From assembly GCA_964394205.1 (NCBI GenBank), contig CAYMVS010000002.1, positions 3,062 through 67,061 on the forward strand: 64,000 nt of DNA, written 5' to 3'. The first letter of the stretch is position 1; each line of letters begins with the position of its first letter. A program made the position numbers and the translations under genes. The stretch is from an uncultured Muribaculaceae bacterium. Lineage in GTDB: Bacteria > Bacteroidota > Bacteroidia > Bacteroidales > Muribaculaceae. The notes beneath the pieces were generated by a model. That model did not search any database. It worked only from the letters and a program-made list of their open reading frames with translations, and had not been told where the DNA came from. Shown here piece by piece: positions 37,230 through 46,111 of the stretch.

Positions 37230-37769
37230 TTATTCAGCAGCGGGAGCCTCCTCGGCGGCAGCCTCCTCAGCTTTAGCAGCGGCCTCAGCCTCGGCGGCAG
37301 CGGCGGCAGCCTCAGCTTTCTTTTTGGCTACGACCTCGGCCTTGGCTTTATTCTTGGCCTGCTCTTCCTCAAGACGCTGTTTTGCAGCGAGCTCGCGCTT
37401 GTCGGCCATCGATGCCTTGAGAGCATCAACTGTGGCCTGCTTGGCTTTCTTCCAAGCCTCAAAACGACGCTGGGCCTCAGCCTCGTCAAAGGCGCCTTTC
37501 TTGACACCTCCCTGGAGGTGCTTCATCATCAGCACACCCTCTTGTGAAAGGATGCTGCGAACGGTGTCGGTGGGTTGTGCACCGACGTTAACCCAATACA
37601 AAGCTCTCTCAAAGTTGAGAGTGATGGTAGCAGGATTGGTGTTGGGGTTGTAAGACCCGATACGCTCAATAAATTTACCATCTCGTGGTGCCCTGCTGTC
37701 GGCGATTACAATGGGATAAAACGCATAGTTCTTACGACCATGACGCTGTAATCTGATTTTTGTTGCCAT
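37230..37769 (-). CDS. rpsP: 30S ribosomal protein S16 with Ala/Lys/Glu-rich C-terminal extension
   Basis: [42 protein letters not shown] is canonical S16. The low-complexity tail of about 90 aa is common in Bacteroidota. Confidence 0.93.
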   Translation of the reverse strand: MATKIRLQRHGRKNYAFYPIVIADSRAPRDGKFIERIGSYNPNTNPATITLNFERALYWVNVGAQPTDTVRSILSQEGVLMMKHLQGGVKKGAFDEAEAQRRFEAWKKAKQATVDALKASMADKRELAAKQRLEEEQAKNKAKAEVVAKKKAEAAAAAAEAEAAAKAEEAAAEEAPAAE

Positions 37770-37831
37770 TAATTTTTAAAATAAATTGGTTTGTATTGTG
37801 AGCCCAACCCGTGGGCTCGGTTAATCGGCCA

Positions 37832-37839
37832 CAAAATTA
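37832..37839 (-). promoter_or_regulatory. -7 promoter box (TAATTTTG) for rpsP
   Basis: caaaatta on the plus strand is TAATTTTG on the minus strand, about 63 nt upstream of the rpsP ATG. Confidence 0.45.
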
Positions 37840-37882
37840 CTACTTTTTTATTAATTGACAAGCGGTTTTTTAAATTATTTGC

Positions 37883-37890
37883 TACTTTTG
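37883..37890 (+). promoter_or_regulatory. -7 promoter box (TACTTTTG) for the membrane regulator gene
   Basis: TAnnTTTG match about 41 nt upstream of the ATG at 37931. Confidence 0.45.
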
Positions 37891-37930
37891 TTGTACATAA
37901 TTTTTCAGGCAAACCAATCCCATTCCGCCC

Positions 37931-39529
37931 ATGATCCGTTTTTGCTGCTTTCTTATATCAATGTTTGTGCTGACCACGGCGAGTGTGGCCGGTGGCCGGG
38001 CGGTGACCATATCCGGAGAGGACACTGAAAGGGCTTTGTCGCGACTTGACAAAGAGATTGCCATAAGACAAGTCTACATGGACTCGCGCCGCTCTCTGAT
38101 CGATTCTCTCAAACGTCTCACCGCCGAGGGGATGCACACCCGAGCCTGGCTCGACCATATCCTTCAGCTTGGCGACCTCTATGCCCCTTTCAACAACGAC
38201 TCGGCCCTGGTCTACTTTGAGCGGGGTCTCGCCCGCGCGCTCGAGCTTAGAGAGGACTCGTTTATGACGGTGTTCAGGATGAGGCATGCCGTCTACCTCC
38301 CTTTGGCCGGTCTTAACGGCGAGGCTCTCGACGAGTTTTCGTTGATAAACCGCGACTCGCTGACGGCTCGCGGGGGTGCCACCCCGGCATCGTTTTATGA
38401 CAGCGAGCGACAGCTCCACAGCTATCTCGTGGCGGCCTATCGTAAGTATGAACCGCTCAAGCGTCTCCATGAGCAGCATGTCATCGAGGCCCAACGGGCG
38501 CTGTTGCAGACACTTGACAGCACAACGGTCAACTACACCTATGCCTTGGGCGAATATTTCTTCAACACGGGCGACCTGTCAAAGGCCCAGGTGCTACTCG
38601 ACGAGATTGTGCAGACAGTCGACGAAAGCCGCAACATGTTTGCCCGCGCCGCCCACCACTTGTCGTCGATCGCACAGGCCCGAGGCGACAACGAGGCCTA
38701 TATCTACTATCTCGCGCTCTCGGCCATAGGCGACGTCAAGAGCGCCACCCTCGAGGTGTCGTCGCTGCAGGAGCTTGGCCGCGAGCTGTTTAACCATGGA
38801 CAAAAAGAACGCGCCTACCTCTATCTGTCAACGGCGCTTGAAAACGCTGTGAGCTGCCATGCGGCCTCGCGCATGATGGAGAGCGCCGAGGCGCTCCCGA
38901 CCATCAGTGCCGCCCACCGCAGCGAGATAAGCCACCAGCAGAAGATTCTCTATATGGTGATTTCACTGATGGCGGTGTTGCTGTTGCTGTTGGGCGCAGC
39001 CATGATCTACCTGCGCCGCGACATGAAACGGCTTAGCCGCCTGCAACGGCGTCTTGAAAAAGCCAACCACGTCAAGGAGTTCTATATCAGTCAGTTTCTC
39101 AACCTTTCGTCGATTTATATGGATAAGCTGAACGAGTTTTGCAAGATCGCCAACCGCAAAATATCGACCGGCAATGTCGATGACCTGTATAAGCTGACCA
39201 AGTCGGGCAAATTTGTCGATGAGCAGAGCCGCGAGTTTTATGAGGTGTTTGACAATGCTTTCCTGCACCTCTACCCCACGTTTGTGACCGAGGTTGACGC
39301 GTTGCTCAAGGATGATTGCAAACTGCAGCTGCTGCCCGACGAGACTCTTAACACCGACCTTCGCATCCTGGCCCTGATGCGCCTGGGCATTGACGACTGC
39401 CGCCACATAGCGCGGGTGCTCAACTATTCAGTCAACACCATCTATGCCTACCGCAACAAGCTGAAAAATCGAGCGCTGAGGCGTGACACCTTTGAGGCCG
39501 AAGTGCTCGAGATTGGCAAAGTGAAATAA
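37931..39529 (+). CDS. membrane-spanning regulator: exported TPR-like domain, one TM helix, cytoplasmic coiled region and LuxR-type HTH (DUF6377-like)
   Basis: N-terminal hydrophobic signal. About 300 aa are helical/TPR-like. TM helix ILYMVISLMAVLLLLLGAAMIYL. C-terminal HTH LRILALMRLGIDDCRHIARVLNYSVNTIYAYRNKLKNR. Confidence 0.55.
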   Translation: MIRFCCFLISMFVLTTASVAGGRAVTISGEDTERALSRLDKEIAIRQVYMDSRRSLIDSLKRLTAEGMHTRAWLDHILQLGDLYAPFNNDSALVYFERGLARALELREDSFMTVFRMRHAVYLPLAGLNGEALDEFSLINRDSLTARGGATPASFYDSERQLHSYLVAAYRKYEPLKRLHEQHVIEAQRALLQTLDSTTVNYTYALGEYFFNTGDLSKAQVLLDEIVQTVDESRNMFARAAHHLSSIAQARGDNEAYIYYLALSAIGDVKSATLEVSSLQELGRELFNHGQKERAYLYLSTALENAVSCHAASRMMESAEALPTISAAHRSEISHQQKILYMVISLMAVLLLLLGAAMIYLRRDMKRLSRLQRRLEKANHVKEFYISQFLNLSSIYMDKLNEFCKIANRKISTGNVDDLYKLTKSGKFVDEQSREFYEVFDNAFLHLYPTFVTEVDALLKDDCKLQLLPDETLNTDLRILALMRLGIDDCRHIARVLNYSVNTIYAYRNKLKNRALRRDTFEAEVLEIGKVK

Positions 39530-39531
39530 AC

Positions 39532-40287
39532 TCAATAGGTTACATCCCAGAGATAGAGTGCCTGAGGGGGCATGGAGGTCCCGGCGGCACAACGGTCGCG
39601 ACGCTCGATGACATCTTTGAACTGCTCTACCGACATCTTTCCGCGCCCAACCTCGACCAACGTGCCGACAACAGCGCGAACCATGTTGCGCAAAAATCGG
39701 TCGGCCGTGATGACAAACACATGGGCCCCCTCACCGGCATCTATCCACTCGGCGCGCGTCACCCGGCAAATATTGGTCACGGCGTCGGAGTGAAGCTTGG
39801 CAAACGAGGTAAAGTCGTCAACCTCGAGCAACAAGGCGGCGGCACGGTTCATGGCCTCATAGTCAAGGCCGGCCGGCGCCTTCCATGACAGCGAGTAGGC
39901 AAAGGGCGACTTGTGGTCGAGAGCATAGTAATGATAGGTTCTGGAGCGGGCATCAAAGCGGGCATGGAGCCGAGGGTCGACCTCTTCAATTGAATGAATG
40001 GCTATATCTCGCCCTATCAGTGAGTTAAGGGCGCGCACGAGTTTGTCGGGAGCCTCAAGCGGGGTGTCAATGTCAAAATGAGCCACCATCAGCCGGGCGT
40101 TGACGCCGGCATCGGTGCGCCCGGCGCCTACAATCGCCATCGGACGCCGCAAAACCGTCGTGAGGGCATCTTCGATCACACTCTGCACCGACACAGCGTT
40201 GGGCTGACGCTGCCACCCGTGAAAAGGGGCTCCGTTGTAAGACAACCGCATGAAGTAGCGATGATGGCTCGCCGCTGTCTCGCCCAT
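39532..40287 (-). CDS. truA: tRNA pseudouridine(38-40) synthase
   Basis: RYFMRLSYNGAPFHGWQRQPN and the catalytic-Asp motif GAGRTDAGVNA. The ATG at 40287 overlaps the speA stop (TGATG). Confidence 0.9.
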   Translation of the reverse strand: MGETAASHHRYFMRLSYNGAPFHGWQRQPNAVSVQSVIEDALTTVLRRPMAIVGAGRTDAGVNARLMVAHFDIDTPLEAPDKLVRALNSLIGRDIAIHSIEEVDPRLHARFDARSRTYHYYALDHKSPFAYSLSWKAPAGLDYEAMNRAAALLLEVDDFTSFAKLHSDAVTNICRVTRAEWIDAGEGAHVFVITADRFLRNMVRAVVGTLVEVGRGKMSVEQFKDVIERRDRCAAGTSMPPQALYLWDVTY

Positions 40288-42185
40288 CAATTCTTCTCAA
40301 GATAGGTGTAACCATAGAGCCCCGAGCGATAGTTGCTCAAAAACTCACGCCCCTCCTCGGGGGTAATGCTGCCAGCCTTCATCGAGGCCGTCACCCACTT
40401 CTCGACATTGCGTGCAAGCTGCTTGGGACTGAACTGTACATAGTCAAGCACCTCGGCAACAGTCTCGCCGTCGATGATGCGCTCAATCTCGTAATGATCC
40501 TTGTAGACATTGATGTGCACAGCATTGGTGTCACCAAACAGGTTGTGCATATCACCCAAAATCTCCTGATAGGCACCCACGAGGAACACCCCGAGATAGT
40601 AATTCTCGCCGGCTTTGACGGCATGGACCGGCAACGAGTTTGAGGTGCCGTGAACCGAGATGAAATTGTTGATCTTGCCGTCGCTGTCACATGTGATGTC
40701 CTGAATGGTGCAGTGACGAGTTGGCTTCTCGTCGAGGCGCGTGATCGGAATTATTGGAAACACCTGGTCGATGGCCCACGAGTCGGTGAGCGACTGGAAT
40801 ATAGAGAAATTGCAGAAGTACTTGTCGGGCAACATTTTAGAAATCTTGCGCAGCTCCTCGGGAGGATGTTTCATCGAGGCGGCAATCTCGCCAATCTCGC
40901 GCGCTATTGACCAGAAAAGTTTCTCGATCTGGGCGCGTGTGGTCAGGTCCAGGAGCCCCAGGCTGAAGAGGTCGAGCGCCTCCTCCCTGATTTGCAGCGC
41001 GTCGTGCCAACTCTCAAACAGGCGCGGCTGGGAGAGCCTGTCCCAAATCTCATAGAGCTCGCGGGCCAGCTCGTGAGCCTCGGGGCCGATAACCTCGGAA
41101 TCGTTCCACGCCGGCAGCGAGGTGGTCTCAAGCACGTTGACAATCAACACCGAGTGGTGGGCTGTCAGCGAGCGGCCGCTCTCGGTGATGATGTTGGGCT
41201 GACGCAGGTTGTTTTTGACGCATGTGTCGACAAGGGCCGACACCGAGTCGTTGGCATACTCCTGTATGCTGTAGTTCATCGAGCTCTCCGACGCTGAGTT
41301 GCGGGTGCCGTCATAGTCCACCCCCAAGCCACCGCCAATATCTATGAAGTCTACCTCAAAGCCCATCTTGCTCAGCTGCACATAAAACTGTGTCGCCTCG
41401 CGCAGGGCCGTCTTGATGCGTCTGATCTTGGTTATCTGACTGCCAATGTGGAAATGGATCAGCTTGAGGCACTGCTTGAGCTTGTTTTTCTCGAGAAAAT
41501 CGAGCGCCTCGAGCAGCTCGCTCGAGTTGAGACCAAACTTTGACTGGTCACCGCCGCTCTCCTCCCATTTTCCCGAGCCCGACGATGACAGCTTGATGCG
41601 TATGCCGACATTGGGTATAATGCCGATGCGCTTGGCGATGGTCGCTATCAGCTTAAGCTCGTTGAGCTTCTCGGCCACCAGAAAGATGCGGCGCCCCATC
41701 TTTTGGGCCAGCAGGGCCAGCTCGACATAATTCTCATCCTTATAGCCGTTGCAGATTATCAGCGCGTTCTCGGCGATGTTGGTGGCAAGCACGGCGTGGA
41801 GCTCGGGCTTTGAACCGGCCTCAAGGCCGATGTTGAACTTTTTGCCATGAGTCACAATCTCCTCCACCACCGGCCTCATCTGGTTGACCTTGATGGGATA
41901 GATGATGAAATTCTGCGCCTTGTAGTCATACTCCTGGGCCGCGCGCTTAAAACAACTCGAGATTTTCTCGATCCGATGGTCGAGGATATCGGGGAAACGG
42001 AGCAGCACGGGGCATGTGACATCTTTCACCTGCAACTCGTCGAGCACCTCCTTGAGGTCTACCGAGGCATAACCCTCGCGCGGAGTGACCTCCACGTGCC
42101 CGCGGTCGTTGATACCAAAGTACTGCCGTCCCCAGCCACTTATGTTGTACAGCTCGGCACTGTCTTCAATGCGCCATCTTCTCAT
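40287..42185 (-). CDS. speA: biosynthetic arginine decarboxylase
   Basis: N-terminus MRRWRIEDSAELYNISGWGRQYFGIN, PLP-lysine context IYPIKVNQ, and IDIGGGLGVDYDG. The ORF-track start at 42191 is a TTG, so the ATG at 42185 is used. Confidence 0.92.
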   Translation of the reverse strand: MRRWRIEDSAELYNISGWGRQYFGINDRGHVEVTPREGYASVDLKEVLDELQVKDVTCPVLLRFPDILDHRIEKISSCFKRAAQEYDYKAQNFIIYPIKVNQMRPVVEEIVTHGKKFNIGLEAGSKPELHAVLATNIAENALIICNGYKDENYVELALLAQKMGRRIFLVAEKLNELKLIATIAKRIGIIPNVGIRIKLSSSGSGKWEESGGDQSKFGLNSSELLEALDFLEKNKLKQCLKLIHFHIGSQITKIRRIKTALREATQFYVQLSKMGFEVDFIDIGGGLGVDYDGTRNSASESSMNYSIQEYANDSVSALVDTCVKNNLRQPNIITESGRSLTAHHSVLIVNVLETTSLPAWNDSEVIGPEAHELARELYEIWDRLSQPRLFESWHDALQIREEALDLFSLGLLDLTTRAQIEKLFWSIAREIGEIAASMKHPPEELRKISKMLPDKYFCNFSIFQSLTDSWAIDQVFPIIPITRLDEKPTRHCTIQDITCDSDGKINNFISVHGTSNSLPVHAVKAGENYYLGVFLVGAYQEILGDMHNLFGDTNAVHINVYKDHYEIERIIDGETVAEVLDYVQFSPKQLARNVEKWVTASMKAGSITPEEGREFLSNYRSGLYGYTYLEKN

Positions 42186-42218
42186 CAGCAAAAGTATTTT
42201 CAGTTAGTTTTCGACCTA

Positions 42219-42226
42219 CAAAAGTA
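42219..42226 (-). promoter_or_regulatory. -7 promoter box (TACTTTTG) for speA-truA
   Basis: caaaagta on the plus strand is TACTTTTG on the minus strand, about 34 nt upstream of the speA ATG. A second identical box sits at 42189-42196, only 3 nt from the ATG. Confidence 0.35.
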
Positions 42227-42330
42227 ATAATTTTCACTCACAAAATCACACATAATATTCAAATTCATAAAAATTCATCCCAATCAAAAAATTTTACCCT
42301 CCACTTGACCGCTACATATAAAAAAATATC

Positions 42331-42338
42331 TATATTTG
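42331..42338 (+). promoter_or_regulatory. -7 promoter box (TATATTTG) for the OmpA-like/TPR lipoprotein gene
   Basis: TAnnTTTG match about 83 nt upstream of the ATG at 42421. Confidence 0.4.
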
Positions 42339-42420
42339 CCCGTAAATATGCGGCAACCCGAGCGTTGCCGCCCGTCAATCATGAATCAATAATTTTTCAT
42401 CACATTTTTATACATTTATT

Positions 42421-44109
42421 ATGAGCAAAAAATTGAGCTACTCCCTGCTGTTGGTATCGGGCGCACTCCTGATGACCGGATGCTCCAAAAAGCTGGGCCA
42501 GTTTCAAGCCGACTATTTCAAGGCCAATCCCAACCCGCTCGAGGTGGTCGGGAGCACAGTGCCGGCAGTCGTGACCGGCAACATACCGGCCAAATTCTTT
42601 GTCAAGAACGCCGAGGTGACCGTCACCCCGATTCTTACGTTCAACGGCACCGAGCTGGCCGGCACCCCCATGACATTCCAGGGCGAGAAGGTGCGTGGCA
42701 ACAACACGACCATCAGCTACAACAATGGCGGCGTGGTGACCATCCCGATCAACTATGTGTATCAACCCGAGATGTTGCGCAGCGAGCTTTATCTGGCTTT
42801 TGATGTGAAACAAGGTGGCTCAAACTATGTGCTTCCCCGCGTCAAGGTGGCCAACGGCATCATTGCCACCAACTCTCTGGCCTCGGTCGACGATGTGACC
42901 CCGGCGGTTGCTCCCGATAAGTTTCAGCGCGTCATCAATGAGAAATATGCCGCCGATATACGTTTCCTCATCAATCAGGCAAACATCCGTGAGTCCGAGC
43001 TCCAAAGCGAGGCGATGCGTCGCCTCAACCAGGACCTGGTGATGGCCAACAACGACACCTCACGTGTCATCACCGAGATCAACATCCAGTCATACGCCTC
43101 GCCCGACGGTTCACTCGACTTCAACACCCGCCTGGCCGAGAACCGTGAGAAAAACACCGAGGCCTACCTCCAGGGGCAGCTCAAGAAAGATGCCATCACC
43201 GAGTTTGGCGAGCTGACCGCCAACTTCACCCCCGAGGACTGGGAAGGTTTCCAGCGCCTGGTGCAGGCTTCAAACATCCAAGACAAGGAGTTGATCATCA
43301 GCGTTCTTCAAATGTATAAAGACCCCGAGGAGCGCGAGCGTGAGATTCGCAATCTGTCAAACGTCTTCACCACTCTGCAAGACCAGATTCTGCCCCAGTT
43401 GCGCTATTCACGCATCACGGCATCGGTCGACGTAGTCGGCAAGGACAACCAGACCATCAACAATCTTGTTGACAACAACCCGGCCGCCCTTACTGCCGAC
43501 GAGCTCCTCTATGCCGCCACCCTCACCGACGATCTCAACCGCCGCAAGATGATCTACGACACCGTCATCCGCCTCTATCCCGACGACTATCGCGGCTACA
43601 ACAACCTCGGCATGACCCAATATGCATTAGGCGACTTTGACTCGGCTCTCGCCTCGTTCAACAAGGCTGCCCGCCTCAATCCCACCAGCGCCGAGGTCAA
43701 CATGAACCAAGGTCTCGTAGCCCTCAAAAACAACGACTTCCGCGCCGCAAACACATCATTTGGTCAGGCAGCAGGTCTTGACGAGCTCGGCCAGGCTCTC
43801 GGTGTCTACTACCTCGAGACCGGCGACATCAACGCCGCTGTAAAAGCCTTTGCCAACGACAAGAGCAACAACGCCGCTCTCGCCCAAATCCTTGCCAAAG
43901 ACTACAGCAAAGCCCGCTCAACACTGGCTGCCATCAACAACCCCGATGCCACCACCTACTACCTGATGGCCATCCTCGGGGCTCGCACAAACAATGAGCA
44001 GACAGTTCTTCAAAACCTCCGTCAGGCAGTCAAGCTCGACCCCAAGCTGGCCACCCGCGCCATCAACGACCTTGAGTTTGCCAACTTCAACCTCGCTTCC
44101 ATCCGATAA
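42421..44109 (+). CDS. lipoprotein with OmpA-like peptidoglycan-binding signature and C-terminal TPR repeats
   Basis: Lipobox LLMTGCSKK. OmpA-C-like signature QSYASPDGSLDFNTRLAENREKNTEAYL. C-terminal TPR-like repeats (YNNLGMTQYALGDFDSALASFNKAARLNP..). The layout parallels the protein encoded at 32492..34564. Confidence 0.65.
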   Translation: MSKKLSYSLLLVSGALLMTGCSKKLGQFQADYFKANPNPLEVVGSTVPAVVTGNIPAKFFVKNAEVTVTPILTFNGTELAGTPMTFQGEKVRGNNTTISYNNGGVVTIPINYVYQPEMLRSELYLAFDVKQGGSNYVLPRVKVANGIIATNSLASVDDVTPAVAPDKFQRVINEKYAADIRFLINQANIRESELQSEAMRRLNQDLVMANNDTSRVITEINIQSYASPDGSLDFNTRLAENREKNTEAYLQGQLKKDAITEFGELTANFTPEDWEGFQRLVQASNIQDKELIISVLQMYKDPEEREREIRNLSNVFTTLQDQILPQLRYSRITASVDVVGKDNQTINNLVDNNPAALTADELLYAATLTDDLNRRKMIYDTVIRLYPDDYRGYNNLGMTQYALGDFDSALASFNKAARLNPTSAEVNMNQGLVALKNNDFRAANTSFGQAAGLDELGQALGVYYLETGDINAAVKAFANDKSNNAALAQILAKDYSKARSTLAAINNPDATTYYLMAILGARTNNEQTVLQNLRQAVKLDPKLATRAINDLEFANFNLASIR

Positions 44110-44130
44110 CCATTAGCGACACAATAGTTC

Positions 44131-44177
44131 AAGAGGGTGTATCATAACTGACTATGATACACCCTCTTGGGTTTTTT
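44131..44177 (+). terminator. rho-independent terminator
   Basis: aagagggtgtatcata (44131-44146) / tatgatacaccctctt (44153-44168), followed by gggtttttt. Confidence 0.8.
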
Positions 44178-44203
44178 CGTGCCGGTAGCCTTTAAGGGGC
44201 ATT

Positions 44204-44602
44204 TTATTTTGTGGAGAGCGAGAGGTGCAACCGGCAACGGCACACATAATAGCTCAGGTAGCCCAGCAAGATGGCTCCCGACGAGTTTGCCACAAAGTCA
44301 TAGATATCGCAGGCACGGTTGACCACCTCTGTGCCCTGCAGCAACTCAATCAAACCGCTCACAGCCGCCACCAAGACAACAATCAGCGTTGCCCCGGCAA
44401 GTGAAAGCCTCGTCAACCGGCGCGACATGTCAAAGACAACCGCTGCGCTCCACACACCAAACATCGCAAAATGGGCCATTTTGTCCCATCCGTTGAAAGT
44501 CGGGATGAGCGGAGGCGGGATCGGACTCGGGGTAAGTGTCAGGTAGACAATCGCCAAAAAGATAATCACTGAGAGCCAGGGGAATGGTTTGGAATTATTC
44601 AT
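44204..44602 (-). CDS. VanZ-like membrane protein
   Basis: 132 aa with four TM segments. DKMAHFAMFG and ..IELLQG.. landmarks as in the VanZ family. Confidence 0.55.
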   Translation of the reverse strand: MNNSKPFPWLSVIIFLAIVYLTLTPSPIPPPLIPTFNGWDKMAHFAMFGVWSAAVVFDMSRRLTRLSLAGATLIVVLVAAVSGLIELLQGTEVVNRACDIYDFVANSSGAILLGYLSYYVCRCRLHLSLSTK

Positions 44603-44651
44603 TGTGCAGGTGAATTTAAATGTCTGGACAAAATTAGTTTAGAAAATCAAA

Positions 44652-44659
44652 CAAATCTA
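44652..44659 (-). promoter_or_regulatory. -7 promoter box (TAGATTTG) for the VanZ-like gene
   Basis: caaatcta on the plus strand is TAGATTTG on the minus strand, about 50 nt upstream of the ATG at 44602. Confidence 0.35.
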
Positions 44660-44682
44660 TTACAAAATGTTAAAAAATATCG

Positions 44683-44690
44683 TATCTTTG
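44683..44690 (+). promoter_or_regulatory. -7 promoter box (TATCTTTG) for the SNF transporter gene
   Basis: TAnnTTTG match 21 nt upstream of the ATG at 44711. Confidence 0.45.
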
Positions 44691-44710
44691 CGACAAATTT
44701 TGACAACAGG

Positions 44711-46072
44711 ATGAAAAAAGTTAAATTCAGCTCAAAGATAGGACTCATCGCGGCCACCGTGGGCTCGGCTGTCGGTCTGGGCAATGTGTGGCGATTTCCC
44801 GCCGAGACACAGGCCAATGGAGGCGCGGCGTTTTTATTGATCTACATTTTATGTGTGCTTTTGCTTGGCATACCTGTGATGATATCGGAGTTCTCTCTCG
44901 GACGTGGTGGACAGAGCGATGCCGTCGGCTCCTTCAAAAACCTCGGGGCAAAACGGTCCTGGTGGGGCATCGGAGTGCTCGCCATCGTTGCAAGCTACAT
45001 GATCTTATGTTTCTACATGGTGGTGGCCGGATGGACGTTTGAGTATCTTTGGCAGTCGGCCACAGGCTCTCTTTATGAGGCAGTCTCGGCGAGCAGCAAC
45101 TCATCGGCCACCTTTGCCAATCGCATGAACGAATTTATCGGTGACGGTTGGAACGCCTCGATAAACACCTATATCGTGTTGATAATCAACATTGTGATTC
45201 TCCTTTTAGGAGTACAAAAGGGCATTGAGCGGTTGTCAAACATACTGATGCCTCTTCTCTTCCTGTTGCTGCTCGTTTTCTGCTTTGCGTCACTGTCGCT
45301 GCCAAGAGCCGCCGAGGGTGTCTCGTTCTTCCTTCGCCCCGACTTCTCAAAAGTCACGCCCTCGGTGATACTCAACGCGCTCGGTCAGGCCTTTTTCTCC
45401 CTGTCGTTGGGCATGGGTATCCTGATAACCTATTCCTCCTACTTCCCGTCGACCACCGTCCTTTCACGCACGGCTTTCACCGTGTCGCTTCTCGACATGC
45501 TCGTGGCGGTGCTGATGGGATTGATTATCTTCCCCGCCGTGACCTCGTTCAACCTGACGGGCGAGAGCCTGCTCGGAGCATCACTGGTGTTTATCACCCT
45601 GCCTGAGGTTTTCACCCACATGCCGCTCACCCAACTGTGGTCGGTGCTCTTCTTCCTGCTGCTTTTAGTGGCTGCGCTGACCTCAACCATATCCATCTCG
45701 GAGGTGACCATCGCTTTCCTGCAAGACCGGTTCAACAAATCGCGCGTCAAAGCTGTGCTCATCGCCATGCTGCCCCTCTTTTTGCTGTCGACAGTGTGTG
45801 CCTACTCCCAGGGCAACAGTCCCTTAGCGTTACACGTCGGGGGAATGACCATCTTTGACGCCCTCGACTATGTAGCCTCCAACATCTTCCTGCCGCTCGG
45901 GTCAATCTTCCTGTGCATATATGTCGGTTGGTTTGCCCCCAAGGGGTTTCTGCACGACCAGCTGACCAACAACGGCACCGTCCGCTCAATCGTCTTCAAA
46001 CCTATCTTTTTCATCATCCGTTACATCGCGCCCGTCTTGATTTCACTCATTCTCGTGTCAAGTTTCCTCTAA
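44711..46072 (+). CDS. sodium-dependent transporter, neurotransmitter:sodium symporter (SNF) family
   Basis: Signature GSAVGLGNVWRFP near the N-terminus. 453 aa with about 11-12 TM helices. Confidence 0.85.
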   Translation: MKKVKFSSKIGLIAATVGSAVGLGNVWRFPAETQANGGAAFLLIYILCVLLLGIPVMISEFSLGRGGQSDAVGSFKNLGAKRSWWGIGVLAIVASYMILCFYMVVAGWTFEYLWQSATGSLYEAVSASSNSSATFANRMNEFIGDGWNASINTYIVLIINIVILLLGVQKGIERLSNILMPLLFLLLLVFCFASLSLPRAAEGVSFFLRPDFSKVTPSVILNALGQAFFSLSLGMGILITYSSYFPSTTVLSRTAFTVSLLDMLVAVLMGLIIFPAVTSFNLTGESLLGASLVFITLPEVFTHMPLTQLWSVLFFLLLLVAALTSTISISEVTIAFLQDRFNKSRVKAVLIAMLPLFLLSTVCAYSQGNSPLALHVGGMTIFDALDYVASNIFLPLGSIFLCIYVGWFAPKGFLHDQLTNNGTVRSIVFKPIFFIIRYIAPVLISLILVSSFL

Positions 46073-46111
46073 ATTTGTGTAACCGGCATTTTTGTTGTAA
46101 CTTCGCGTGAC

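Noticed and set aside
37201-37653. 150-aa Ala/Ser-rich ORF on the plus strand
   Set aside because: It is the complement of the low-complexity Ala/Lys/Glu tail of rpsP, so it is an artefact of repetitive GCN codons.
42350-42371. Hairpin gcggcaac/gttgccgc upstream of the lipoprotein gene
   Set aside because: It has no T-tract and no upstream gene to terminate on that strand. It lies within the predicted 5' UTR. An 8-bp stem alone is not enough to call a regulatory element.
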